Below are positions 10,350 through 19,795 of a stretch of DNA of 64,000 bases, piece after piece. Source of the DNA: Candidatus Latescibacterota bacterium (GTDB lineage Bacteria; Latescibacterota; UBA2968; GCA-2709665). Where the stretch lies: positions 4,864,001 to 4,928,000 of the forward strand of contig OZ244937.1 of the NCBI GenBank assembly GCA_965222075.1. The letters are read 5' to 3'. Every line of letters begins with the position of its first letter. Position 1 is the first letter of the stretch. The position numbers were made by a program, and so were the translations under genes. The notes under the pieces are model-generated. The model did not search any database. It was not told the DNA's origin and saw only the letters and a list, made by a program, of their open reading frames with translations.

Positions 10350-11366
10350 TCACTCCTCTAAGACCTCATCCGCATACGCAAACAGCGCGGGTGTCCCTCC
10401 CGTATGCACGAACACCACCGCCTGATCCTTTGTAAACTGTCCCTTCCGGATGTGGTCGACCATCCCGCTAAAGGCCTTGCCCGTATAGACCGGATCCAGC
10501 ACCAGCCCCTCCGTCCGAGCCGCCAGCACCAGCCCCTCCCGGCTCTCTGGTGTTACCACCCCGTATGCCTCCCCACCGTACTCCCCGTAGCTCTCAAAAT
10601 CCTCCGCCGAAAAACTTAGCTTCAATCCGAGTAGCCCGGCGACCTCATTCGCCGCCCCGGCCAACATTGCATTCGCCGTCGCATTGTCTCGGGGGCTCGG
10701 GCTCACCCCCACAATCCGCACCGGGATGCCCAATACCCGGGCGCCCACCGCCAACCCCACGTGCGTGTGCAGCCCCGAACAGACGTAGAGCGCATCCGGC
10801 CGGATGCCCCGCTCCTGGAGCTGTCCCCACAGTTCTAAAAACCCGTCCACGTAGGACACCCCCCGCAGGTAGTACCCATCGCTGCTCGTATTGTAGACCC
10901 TGTGCCCCTCCGCCTTCAGCCGCTCGATCACCGCCTCCTTCTCCTCCGGGCCCTCCACCAGGTGTACCTCTGCACCAAACAGGTGAGCAAGCAGCAGGTT
11001 CCCGTTTACCGGCTCGGATTGTGCGTCCTTCCGCCCCACCATCACCGACTTCAGCCCCAGTCTGGCCGCCAAGGCTGCCGTTAGCCGCGACTGGTTCGAC
11101 TGCGACGCCGCCCCATGCAGCAGCACATCGTAGCCCTCCTCCACCGCCGGCGCCACCGAATACTCAAACTCCCGCACCTTGTTCCCCCCAAACGCCATCC
11201 CCGTCTGGTCCTCTCGCTTCACCAGGAGCCGGGGTCCCCCCAAGGCCTCGGAAAGCCGGGGACAGTCCAGCAGCGGCGTCGGCAGATCTGCCAGCGAAAG
11301 CCGCGAAAACCGGTCAAGACGCGCCCGCAGCTCATCCACGGTCACAACAGGTTTCAGGTCTGACAT
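10350..11366 (-). CDS. D-cysteine desulfhydrase / ACC deaminase family PLP enzyme
   Basis: KREDQTG..GGNKVR, QSNQSR, LDPVYTGKA, VHTGG. Confidence 0.9.
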   Translation of the reverse strand: MSDLKPVVTVDELRARLDRFSRLSLADLPTPLLDCPRLSEALGGPRLLVKREDQTGMAFGGNKVREFEYSVAPAVEEGYDVLLHGAASQSNQSRLTAALAARLGLKSVMVGRKDAQSEPVNGNLLLAHLFGAEVHLVEGPEEKEAVIERLKAEGHRVYNTSSDGYYLRGVSYVDGFLELWGQLQERGIRPDALYVCSGLHTHVGLAVGARVLGIPVRIVGVSPSPRDNATANAMLAGAANEVAGLLGLKLSFSAEDFESYGEYGGEAYGVVTPESREGLVLAARTEGLVLDPVYTGKAFSGMVDHIRKGQFTKDQAVVFVHTGGTPALFAYADEVLEE

Positions 11367-11397
11367 CGAAACTCCTTTCATCAATGCGGAATGCGGA

Positions 11398-11422
11398 GCA
11401 GGGGCGATCTTTGTGATCGCCC
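11398..11422. repeat. REP-like palindrome
   Basis: GCAG-GGGCGATC-TTTGT-GATCGCCC, perfect 8-bp stem; resembles GTAG-type REP elements. Confidence 0.55.
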
Positions 11423-11446
11423 ATTTTTTGTGATGAGAGGGGCATC

Positions 11447-13171
11447 TTACACTTGGCTGCGCTGGCCTCTGAGGGCCTCGGTCCGGTCGCGGTCGACGGT
11501 CCAGGTCCGGGGGTCGATGGCGACGCCGTAGTCGCGTTCGGCGGCAGCGAGGGTGAGTTTTTCATTTCGGACGTCTTCCAAGACGCGCTCCGGGCCGCGT
11601 TCCAGGGGGTCGCCCCATCCGCCGGCACCGGCAAGAACGTGGTGGAGGACATCGCCTTTGCGGATGGTGAGGAGGGTTTTAGAGGGGAGGATGCGGGCCT
11701 CGCCGTCGGGATTCAGGATGTTCCGGGACAGGGTGCCGGGACTGCCGCCGGAGAGGCCGTAGGGACGGGACCGGTGGCGGTCGGAGCGGATCTGGAGGGT
11801 GCCTTCTGCCTCGGTGAAGCGGTATTCACGGACAAGGGCGAGGCCTCCACGGTGTTTGCCCGGGCCGCCGGTGTCGGGGAGGAAGCCGTAGCGGAGGATC
11901 TGGAGGGGGTATTCGGCCTCGATGACTTCGGCGGGGTTGTTGGAGAAGTTGACGACGATGCTGGTGCAGGCGTCCACGGCCTCCTGGGTGGGCCGTCCGC
12001 CCCAGCTGCCGTAGAGGAATTCTAAGAAGACGAAGGGGGTGCGGTCGGCCCGGTAGCCGCCTATGGAGATGCCGGTGTCGCCGCCGACTTCGCAGGCGGG
12101 GACGACGTTTGGAGCCATCTGCGCCAGAGCGCCCATGATAGCGTTGGCCAGGCGGAAGCCGGTGAGGCCGCGGGCGGCCACAGGGGCAGGGGGGACGGGG
12201 TTGGCCAGGGTGGCGGGAGGGATCACGATGTTTAAGGCGCGGAAGAATCCGGAGTTGGTGGGGATGCTGGCGCGCATGAGGCAGCGGAGGCAGGCGTAGA
12301 CGGCCGATTTGGTGAAGGCGAGGGCGCAGTTGAGGGCGCCTTTGACCTGGGGGGCGGTGCCTTCGAAGTCGGCAACGAAGCGGTCGCCCGAAACGGTGAT
12401 ATTGACGGCGATAGGGATGGGGTCGGGGTCTATGCCGTCGTCGTCGAGGACGTCAGTGAAGCGGTAGACGCCGTCGGGGAAGGCGGCGATTTCGGACTTT
12501 GTGAGGCGCTCGGCGTAGTCCAAGAGCTGTGCGAAGCCGGACTGGAGGCGGGAGACGCCGTGGCTGCTGGCGAGTTTGTGGAGTTCGCGCTCACAGATGT
12601 GGCAGGCGGCAAGCTGGGCGCGGAGGTCGCCCAGGGCGTTTCGGGGCACGCGGACATTGCGTTCGATGAGGTCGAAAATGGCAGCCACCGGTCGGCCGGC
12701 TTCGTAGAGTTTGAGGGGGGGAATGCGCAGACCTTCCTGGTAGATTTCGGTGGAGTCGCAGGCATTGCCCCCCGCAACCCGGCCGCCGATGTCGGTGTGG
12801 TGGGCGATGGCGGCGGCAAAGCCGAGGAGGCCGCCGTTGACGAAGACGGGTTTGTAGAGGTAGATGTCGGGCAGGTGGGTGCCGCCTTCGTAGGGGTCGT
12901 TGAGGATGAAGAGGTCACCGTCATCGATCCGGTCCCGATATCGGTTGAGGATTGCCGCCATGCCATTGGGCAGGCTGCCCAGGTGGAGGGGAATACAGAG
13001 GCCCTGGGCGACGAGGGCGCCCCCGGCATCGCAGAACCCGGTGGAGAAATCCATGGAGTTTCTCAGGTTCGTGGAGTAGGCGGTTCTCACGACAGTGAGT
13101 GCCATTTCGTCCACGATGGATTCGAGAGTATTTTTTAAGAGCTCAAGTTCGATGGGGCTGTAGGCTGGCAT
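11447..13171 (-). CDS. Hydantoinase B/oxoprolinase family protein
   Basis: IVDEM..VVRTAYS, LNDPYEGGTHLPD, HHTDIGG, EIYQEGLRIPP, GAGGWGDP; probable start 13171 or 13183, shorter than the ORF track. Confidence 0.9.
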   Translation of the reverse strand: MPAYSPIELELLKNTLESIVDEMALTVVRTAYSTNLRNSMDFSTGFCDAGGALVAQGLCIPLHLGSLPNGMAAILNRYRDRIDDGDLFILNDPYEGGTHLPDIYLYKPVFVNGGLLGFAAAIAHHTDIGGRVAGGNACDSTEIYQEGLRIPPLKLYEAGRPVAAIFDLIERNVRVPRNALGDLRAQLAACHICERELHKLASSHGVSRLQSGFAQLLDYAERLTKSEIAAFPDGVYRFTDVLDDDGIDPDPIPIAVNITVSGDRFVADFEGTAPQVKGALNCALAFTKSAVYACLRCLMRASIPTNSGFFRALNIVIPPATLANPVPPAPVAARGLTGFRLANAIMGALAQMAPNVVPACEVGGDTGISIGGYRADRTPFVFLEFLYGSWGGRPTQEAVDACTSIVVNFSNNPAEVIEAEYPLQILRYGFLPDTGGPGKHRGGLALVREYRFTEAEGTLQIRSDRHRSRPYGLSGGSPGTLSRNILNPDGEARILPSKTLLTIRKGDVLHHVLAGAGGWGDPLERGPERVLEDVRNEKLTLAAAERDYGVAIDPRTWTVDRDRTEALRGQRSQV

Positions 13172-13230
13172 AGGATCATCCATAGCAGGGGCACGGTATG
13201 CACGGAGGCGGATCGCGGTCGCATGTTCGT

Positions 13231-14418
13231 TTACAGGGGCGGCCTGTACGGTACAGGCTTCGGGTCGGTTTCGGGCAGGCCGATGGTTTCCCAGAAGGTG
13301 GTACCAGTATAGGGCGTCCGGCGCAGGTCGGGGATGGCAATGGGGGCACCGCCCAGGTCGGCGGAGCGGGCGGCGAGGATGCCCGGGAGCGCGTATTCGA
13401 TGGCGCGGTAGACGTCGATGGGAGAGGGCCTGCCCTCGATCAGGGTGCCGGCAAAGTGGCGGGCGAGTTTCATGTCGGTGCCGCCGTGGCCGCCGGTTGG
13501 ATCGTCGTCTACGGCGGACCTGCTGGCGGGGAGGACCTTCCATCCGTCCCTGTGGTCGTCGTTTCGATCAAAGACGCGGGTGCATCCTTCGTATGAGAAC
13601 ATTTCGGTGCTGCCTCCAGTTCCGAAGAGGCGGTAGCGGTGTTCGGAGGGCCGACGGGTGTTGAGGGTGACCATGATCTTGATGAGGGCGCCCCCGGCAG
13701 TGTGGAAGAGGGCGATCTGGCCGTCGGACCTCAAGGGTGCCTCAGTGCAGCGCCAGGGGGCGCTGAGGCAGGTGACGGATACGCAGCGGTCGTCCAGGAC
13801 TTCCAGGAGGGGCCCCAGGTCGTGGGTGAGATACTGGATGGGGGGCTGGTCGGCCCGCCAGATCGGTTTGACGCCGTGGGTGCGTCCGGAGGCTTCGCTG
13901 GGGGAGAGGCGCACGCCGTTGGAGAGGCAGAGCGTCTGGGGCAGGTAGTGGAGGTACTCGGCCTCGGCGATGGAGATGGGGCCGAAGCGGTTTTCCAGGA
14001 TCCACTTTCGCCAGTAGCCAAGGAAGCCAGAATAACAGGAGTTCTCGCCCAGCATATAGGTTTTGCCGGTGCGTTCGACGGTGTCCCGCAGGCGGATCAG
14101 TTCCTCCTGGGTGTCGGCACCGGGGATTTCGGAGAGGACGTGGCACCCGGCCTCCATCGCCTGGCAGGCGTGGTCGACCTGGCGCTTGCCGTTGCTGGCG
14201 ATGACGACGGCGTCGGGGTTCATTTCCAGGAGGTCGCCGAATTCGGGGATGCATTTTGTTTGTGCGCCCGCAGCGGCGATGTGCTCTTCGGCCCGTTCGC
14301 GGCAGAGCGGGAAACGGTCGCACGCGCCGATAACTTCGACCTCATCCATGGCCAGGAAGTTTCGCAGGTGGGAGAGGCCGCGGCGGAGGCCGAGGACGCC
14401 GATTTTGAGCTTTTCCAT
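13231..14418 (-). CDS. Gfo/Idh/MocA family oxidoreductase
   Basis: IGVLGLRRG, HVLSEIP, GGHGGTD. Confidence 0.85.
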   Translation of the reverse strand: MEKLKIGVLGLRRGLSHLRNFLAMDEVEVIGACDRFPLCRERAEEHIAAAGAQTKCIPEFGDLLEMNPDAVVIASNGKRQVDHACQAMEAGCHVLSEIPGADTQEELIRLRDTVERTGKTYMLGENSCYSGFLGYWRKWILENRFGPISIAEAEYLHYLPQTLCLSNGVRLSPSEASGRTHGVKPIWRADQPPIQYLTHDLGPLLEVLDDRCVSVTCLSAPWRCTEAPLRSDGQIALFHTAGGALIKIMVTLNTRRPSEHRYRLFGTGGSTEMFSYEGCTRVFDRNDDHRDGWKVLPASRSAVDDDPTGGHGGTDMKLARHFAGTLIEGRPSPIDVYRAIEYALPGILAARSADLGGAPIAIPDLRRTPYTGTTFWETIGLPETDPKPVPYRPPL

Positions 14419-14478
14419 CGTTCCTTTTCCTTGAGGGACTTAAGAAACTGCTTGGAAAATAAGCTTTCTTTTACTTTT

Positions 14479-14510
14479 GGCCTTTTTCTTGCACGCCCAA
14501 GAAAAAGGCC
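14479..14510. repeat. Perfect 13-bp inverted repeat in a long intergenic spacer
   Basis: GGCCTTTTTCTTG-CACGCC-CAAGAAAAAGGCC. Confidence 0.7.
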
Positions 14511-14656
14511 GCTCAGACGCCGCCTGTCTGCGTGCGTGTTAGGCGGGTTCTCCCGTCGGCGCTGCGCGCCCCTCGCGCTCCTTGTGTGAGATGTAGAAGG
14601 TGAAAGTAAATAAGATACTAAAAAGTCTGGTATACCGTAGGGAAATTTGTAAGGGC

Positions 14657-15658
14657 TTAAACCGCGGGGACCTCGACCCATTGGCCCGTTTTGTTCGATT
14701 CGTAGCAGGCCTCGACGATGGAGACGGCGTCGGCGGCGCAGACGAGGTCCTGTTCAAGCTCATCGGGGCTGAGGTTGCCTTCGATGGCGGTGACGAGGCG
14801 GTCGATGCGGGTGGGGCGGGCCTCTGCTCCGGGAACGGGTTGGGGATCACCACGGGGGGCGGCGGTGACATAGCCCAGGTGCGGGTGCTCGTAGAGGGTG
14901 GTGTTGCTGCCGGTGATTTCCAGGCCACCCGGGCCGCCGGTCTGCACCCAGGAGGCCTCGATTGTGGCCAGGGCGCCGTTTTTGAACCGGAAGAGGGCGA
15001 CGCCGTTGTCGTCCACCCCGGGGTAGATGCCCGAGGCGTTGCCGATGGCGGCGGTGACCCGGTCGACCGGACCGAGCAGGGTGCGGAGGAGATGGACGGC
15101 GTGGGTGCCCATGTCCATGAAGGCGCCGCCGCCGGCGAGGTCGGGATCGGTGAACCAGGCGACGTCGGGAGCATCGAACCAGCGGCCGTAGGCGGCGTGG
15201 TGGGCGTTGCGGTACCGGGCGTGGGTGATGGTTCCAAGCGCGCCGGCGGCCAGGTGGGCGATCACGCCCTGCATCTGTGCGGAGAAGGGCTGGGAGTAGC
15301 CCATGTGGACGACCGTTCCGTGCTCCCGGATGAGGGCGAGGGCCTCGGCGGCCTCGGCGGTTGTGGTGGTGAAGGGTTTTTCGCAGAATATCGGTTTGCC
15401 TGTAGGGACCGAGGCCTTCAAGAGGGGGAGGTGTCGGGTGTTTTCGGCGCAGATGACGAAGCCGTCTATATCGCTGCGTGCGACGGTTGCGGCAAGGTCG
15501 CTGGAATAGTCGACGCCGTATTCGCCTGCGAACCGCTGCCCCCGGTCTGCGACATCGTCCCAGAGGACGGTGAGCGTGCAGGCGTCCTTCTCGGCGATGG
15601 TTTTGAGGAACCCACGGGTGTGGGTGTGGGCGGCGGAGAGGAGGGCGAGGTTGATCAT
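14657..15658 (-). CDS. Gfo/Idh/MocA family oxidoreductase
   Basis: FCEKPF, GGGAFMDMGTHAVHL. Confidence 0.88.
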   Translation of the reverse strand: MINLALLSAAHTHTRGFLKTIAEKDACTLTVLWDDVADRGQRFAGEYGVDYSSDLAATVARSDIDGFVICAENTRHLPLLKASVPTGKPIFCEKPFTTTTAEAAEALALIREHGTVVHMGYSQPFSAQMQGVIAHLAAGALGTITHARYRNAHHAAYGRWFDAPDVAWFTDPDLAGGGAFMDMGTHAVHLLRTLLGPVDRVTAAIGNASGIYPGVDDNGVALFRFKNGALATIEASWVQTGGPGGLEITGSNTTLYEHPHLGYVTAAPRGDPQPVPGAEARPTRIDRLVTAIEGNLSPDELEQDLVCAADAVSIVEACYESNKTGQWVEVPAV

Positions 15659-15669
15659 GGGGGTCTCCT

Positions 15670-16935
15670 TCAGATTTGGTTTGCAGATGGCTGCCGGGCA
15701 AATTCCCCTCGCGGGGTGCGGAAGTAGGCCCAGAAAATCAAGGTGCCGAGGGCGGTGAAAGCGGCGCCGGTCAAGAAGAGAGCACCATAGCCGACGGTGG
15801 TGATGGTGTAACCGCCGCCCAGGGCAATGAGGGAATAGCCGATGCCAGACATCATGGCGGAGGCGCCGGACATGGTTGCCCGCCAGCGTGCAGGTACGAT
15901 CTCCTGGTTATAGACGACGAAGGCCGGGCGCCGGACCGCGGCCAAGGCCATGATGCTCATAAAGCAGAAGCCGGCGGGACCCCAGTGCGGGAAGAAGGCC
16001 ATCGGCACGAGCATGAGGGGGGTGCCGGTCGCGCTGATGACGACGGTGTGGTGGTTGCCGAAGCGCCCCGTAAACAGGGGCACCGCCAGGGCGGCCGGTA
16101 CCGCCAGGAGCTGTCCGGTGGCTATCAAGGTGCCGATGAGGGATGTGGATACGTTCAGGCCGGCGTCCAGGTAGACATTGAAGAAGGTGCGAACGGCGCC
16201 CTCTCCGGCGACGTGCAGCAGGGAGACGAAAGCGGCCAGCGTAATGAGTTCCAGCGGGAACGGCGCATGATGATCGGCGGCGGTTTCCTGTTTTTGTTCG
16301 GTCTGAGGCTTCCGTGTGGCCGTCAGGATGAACAGAGCCGGAACAAGCAGGGCGGAGGCAATCAGCAGGGTGTAGCGGTAGGGCATGGGATGGTCCAGGG
16401 TGACGTTCATCAGATCGGCGAAGCGCCCGGGCAGGAATCCGCCAACCAGGCTGCCAAAAAATCCGGCCAGCGGGAAGAGGGCGCCCTGCATGGAAAAGAC
16501 GTGGTTGCGTTCCTGCGCTCCGGCAACACCCATCAGGTAGGGAGCGCCGTTGACAATGTAGAGGGCCACGCCGAACAGCCCCAGCGCGTTGGTGGCCAGG
16601 ATAAAGGCGTCTCTGGGGCCGGGCCGGATGAGTTCGGCCTGGGAGAGCAGGCCATTGCCGATGATGGCAATACCAATGCCCGTGATCATAAGACGTCGGC
16701 TATCCCAGCGGGCACCCAGGAGGCCGGCGGGCAGGCTGCAGATTGCAAAGGAAAAGGCGCCGGTCGCATTCACCCAGCCGACAAATGTGGGGCCGTATCC
16801 CATCCGCAGCAGATAGAGGTTGAGCAGCAAGGAGGAAATGCCGCCGAAGAGGTTGAAGCCGAACAGGATCGATGCAGCGAGATAAAGCCTTACATCGCGG
16901 TTGAATAGACGCAGGGTGTGCAGGTAGTTTTGCAT
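15670..16935 (-). CDS. MFS transporter
   Basis: About 12 hydrophobic segments; LPAGLLGARWDSRRLM motif-A-like loop. Confidence 0.88.
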   Translation of the reverse strand: MQNYLHTLRLFNRDVRLYLAASILFGFNLFGGISSLLLNLYLLRMGYGPTFVGWVNATGAFSFAICSLPAGLLGARWDSRRLMITGIGIAIIGNGLLSQAELIRPGPRDAFILATNALGLFGVALYIVNGAPYLMGVAGAQERNHVFSMQGALFPLAGFFGSLVGGFLPGRFADLMNVTLDHPMPYRYTLLIASALLVPALFILTATRKPQTEQKQETAADHHAPFPLELITLAAFVSLLHVAGEGAVRTFFNVYLDAGLNVSTSLIGTLIATGQLLAVPAALAVPLFTGRFGNHHTVVISATGTPLMLVPMAFFPHWGPAGFCFMSIMALAAVRRPAFVVYNQEIVPARWRATMSGASAMMSGIGYSLIALGGGYTITTVGYGALFLTGAAFTALGTLIFWAYFRTPRGEFARQPSANQI

Positions 16936-17156
16936 GGATTCAGGACTCGATGCCGGAGGCGTCAGCCTCTTCCGAAAAACGCGGTTCAACTGGGTGAAGG
17001 GCTTGAATGGGTTGTGTTTTGAGCTGCCGGTGTGTTAACCCCATATCGGCGATGATTCCCGACGGTGAGACTTATCAGGAGGGCAACACCCAGCAGGCCT
17101 ACGGCCTGTCGGATGCCGGGATAGTGCGTTTGGATGTCTGGGGACAAAAGATTCTC

Positions 17157-18227
17157 CTATTCAAGCAGGCGTTTTTTACGGGATTTGAAGGAGGCCGCCA
17201 AGCGTTTTTTCACAGGGCTTCGTGTTTCTCCGAACGGTGGGTTCAGGGCCAGCGCGGCGCAGAGGTCAACCATGCCGGCTGCATCAAAGGCGGAGATGTA
17301 TTCTTCGGCCGGCCAGCGTTTGCCAATGTTATGATAATTGCCCAGGGGGAAAGCGAGGGCGCCCACGGCCATGTCGTAGAGGATGTAGAGGGTGGCTTCG
17401 CAGACACCGCCACTCATGAGCTGGCGCTGGAATTTGAATTTTCGATTTTTTTCCCGCAGGCCCTGAGCAATGCTGTGGATGGTGTACTCAACCCGGGGGT
17501 CGAAGACGCTCATGGCATCACCCACACGGATGACGGGCCCGGCGCCGATTTCAGCGCCGGGCAGAGCTTTGCTGGTTTCCAGTACGATGATGGGTACCCG
17601 TTTGGGTACGGTTTGGGCCTGTACAATGCCGCCGGCGCCAAGCAGGCCAACCTCTTCGGCGCGGGTGAAAACACCCCACAGGTCGGCGCTGGCTTTTGTG
17701 CGATGAAGCCGGTCCAGCGCAGCCAGGATGGCGGCGCAGCTTGCCAGATTGTCCGCGCCCTTGGTTCGGATGAGGTCGCCGTCGAAGACAACCGGTTTGA
17801 GCCGCCAGTAGCCAAAGGCGCCTTCAGGTTGGGGCAGCGGGCGGGCGGCACGGACGGCAAAGGTTTTGTCATCGCTCAAGGGCGAGGCGGCTTTGCCGGG
17901 GATCTCTTCTTCACCGGAGATGAGGGTGATGCGGCCGCCGGGAAAATGGCGTGCATCACATGCGCCCAGCCAGCGGGCGGTGAGGTCGCGTCCGTTGGCG
18001 CCGAGGATTTCACAGCCGGGGTGGTCCATGTGGGCAGTCAAGGCAACCGATTTGGGACGGTTGCCGTTTTTGTAGCGGAAGACCATGTTGCCGTACGGGT
18101 CTGTTTTGATCGGGATGTTTCGTCGCTTGGCAAAGGCCCGGATAAAAGCGGCAACAGCGTCTTCATGATAGGGCGCAGTGGGGAGAGAGAGGACGTTCCG
18201 GAAGATTTTTTTGAGGGATTTGTTCAC
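17157..18227 (-). CDS. M20/M28/M42 family metallo-hydrolase
   Basis: TAHMDHPG, GADNL, RAEEVGL, GNYHN zinc-ligand motifs. Confidence 0.8.
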   Translation of the reverse strand: MNKSLKKIFRNVLSLPTAPYHEDAVAAFIRAFAKRRNIPIKTDPYGNMVFRYKNGNRPKSVALTAHMDHPGCEILGANGRDLTARWLGACDARHFPGGRITLISGEEEIPGKAASPLSDDKTFAVRAARPLPQPEGAFGYWRLKPVVFDGDLIRTKGADNLASCAAILAALDRLHRTKASADLWGVFTRAEEVGLLGAGGIVQAQTVPKRVPIIVLETSKALPGAEIGAGPVIRVGDAMSVFDPRVEYTIHSIAQGLREKNRKFKFQRQLMSGGVCEATLYILYDMAVGALAFPLGNYHNIGKRWPAEEYISAFDAAGMVDLCAALALNPPFGETRSPVKKRLAASFKSRKKRLLE

Positions 18228-18325
18228 TGAGAGATTCCTTTAGAGCGTGAGGCGGCAGACGTGTGCCGCATCCACCCCGCAGGCCTGGGCGGTTCTTCCC
18301 TTTACGCTTCGCCCACTGCCTGCTA

Positions 18326-19795
18326 TTAAGCGCTTTTGGTCCAGCGGGTGATGGTGACTTTTTGACGGGTGAAAAAGGAGATGCCTTCGTGGCCCTGGAC
18401 GTGCAGGTCGCCAAAAAAGGAGTTGTTCCAGCCGGAGAAGGGAAAAAAGGCCATGGGAGCTGGAACGCCGGTGTTGATGCCGACCATGCCGGCGTTGATG
18501 TTGTGGCGGAATTTGCGTGCGGCGCCTCCGCTTTCGGTAAAGACTACGGCGGCGTTGCCGTAGCCGCTGTTATTACAGTTTTGGATGGCGGCGTCCAGGT
18601 CATCGGCTCGCATGACCGAGAGGACGGGGCCAAAGATTTCGTCTCGGGCGACTTGCATTTGCGGTTGAACGTGGTCGAAGATGGTGGGGCCCAGGTAGAA
18701 GCCGTTCGGGCATGTGTGTACGACCACTTCCCGGCCGTCTACAATCAGATTGGCGCCTTCGGAGAGGCCGGTGTGGATGGAGGCGCGTACTTTTTCGAGG
18801 TGCTGGGGAGTGACGAGTGGACCCATCTGGGCATTGGGATCTCTGTCGGTGGGACCCACACGAAGACCGCGGGCGGCGTTGCTGAGGAGGGGGAGAAAGC
18901 GTTCGGCGGCATCGTGCGTGCAGACGAGGACACTGCCGGCCATGCAGCGTTCGCCGGCACAGCCATAAGCGGAGCCCATGACGGCGTCTACGGTGGCGTC
19001 CGGTTCGGCATCCGGCAGGACGATCATGTAATTTTTGGCACCCCCGGCAGATTGTACTCGTTTGCCGTTTCGGGTGGCGGTTTCGTAGATGTATTTGGCA
19101 ACGGGGGTGGAGCCGACAAAGGAGACGGTGCGTACGTCCGGATGGCTGAGCAGGGTATCGACGGCTTCACGGCCTCCGTGTACGAGGTTCAGAACACCAG
19201 GGGGCAGGCCGGCTTCGGATAAGAGTTGGACCATACGGATGGCGCTTAAGGGCACTTTTTCGGAGGGTTTGAGCACAAAGGTATTGCCACAGACGAGGGC
19301 GATCGGTAGGGTCCAGAGGGGGACCATGACGGGGAAGTTGAAGGGGGTGATGGCCACGGAGACGCCCAGGGGCTGGCGGATGGTGTCGCAGTCGATGTCC
19401 CGGGCGATGTTTTCCAGGGCTTCGCCCATCAGGAGGGAGGGCGCGCCGCAGGCGAATTCGACGACTTCGATGCCCCGGCGGACCGAGCCTCTGGATTCGT
19501 CCAGGGTTTTGCCGTGTTCGCGGGTGACGATTTGGGAAAGGTCTTCGTAGTGTTTCTCCAGAAGTTCTTTAAAGCGAAACATGAGCCGGGCGCGTTCGAG
19601 GGCGGGGGTTTCGGCCCAGGCCGGGAAGGCGGCGCTTGCGGCTTTGACGGCGCGGTCGATTTCACCGGCGCCGCACATGGGAGTGGCGGAGATCTGGACG
19701 CCTTCCGAGGGGTTGTAGACCGGTTCGGTTTCGGTTTGGGTGGAGGTGATCCATTCGCCGTTGATGAATAGAGGACAGGGTTCGAGTGTTGGCAT
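18326..19795 (-). CDS. mmsA: CoA-acylating (methyl)malonate-semialdehyde dehydrogenase (MmsA/IolA)
   Basis: ITPFNFP, SFVGST, GGAKN, GCAGERCMA, FFPFSGWNNSFFGDLHVQG; ATG 19795 after AGGAG. Confidence 0.9.
   Translation of the reverse strand: MPTLEPCPLFINGEWITSTQTETEPVYNPSEGVQISATPMCGAGEIDRAVKAASAAFPAWAETPALERARLMFRFKELLEKHYEDLSQIVTREHGKTLDESRGSVRRGIEVVEFACGAPSLLMGEALENIARDIDCDTIRQPLGVSVAITPFNFPVMVPLWTLPIALVCGNTFVLKPSEKVPLSAIRMVQLLSEAGLPPGVLNLVHGGREAVDTLLSHPDVRTVSFVGSTPVAKYIYETATRNGKRVQSAGGAKNYMIVLPDAEPDATVDAVMGSAYGCAGERCMAGSVLVCTHDAAERFLPLLSNAARGLRVGPTDRDPNAQMGPLVTPQHLEKVRASIHTGLSEGANLIVDGREVVVHTCPNGFYLGPTIFDHVQPQMQVARDEIFGPVLSVMRADDLDAAIQNCNNSGYGNAAVVFTESGGAARKFRHNINAGMVGINTGVPAPMAFFPFSGWNNSFFGDLHVQGHEGISFFTRQKVTITRWTKSA

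Noticed and set aside
12732-12743. Third copy of the leader word CTTCCTGGTAGA
   Set aside because: Antisense to the conserved EIYQEG codons of hydantoinase B; the rest of the motif is absent
13172-13543. N-terminal extension of hydantoinase B in the ORF track
   Set aside because: Arg/Pro-rich off-frame read overlapping the upstream Gfo/Idh gene; homology starts at MPAYSPIELE
17068-17125. SAM-I riboswitch, or tRNA-Ile from CCUGAUAAG
   Set aside because: SAM-like words lack the P2/kink-turn and are antisense to the flanking genes; no cloverleaf or T-loop
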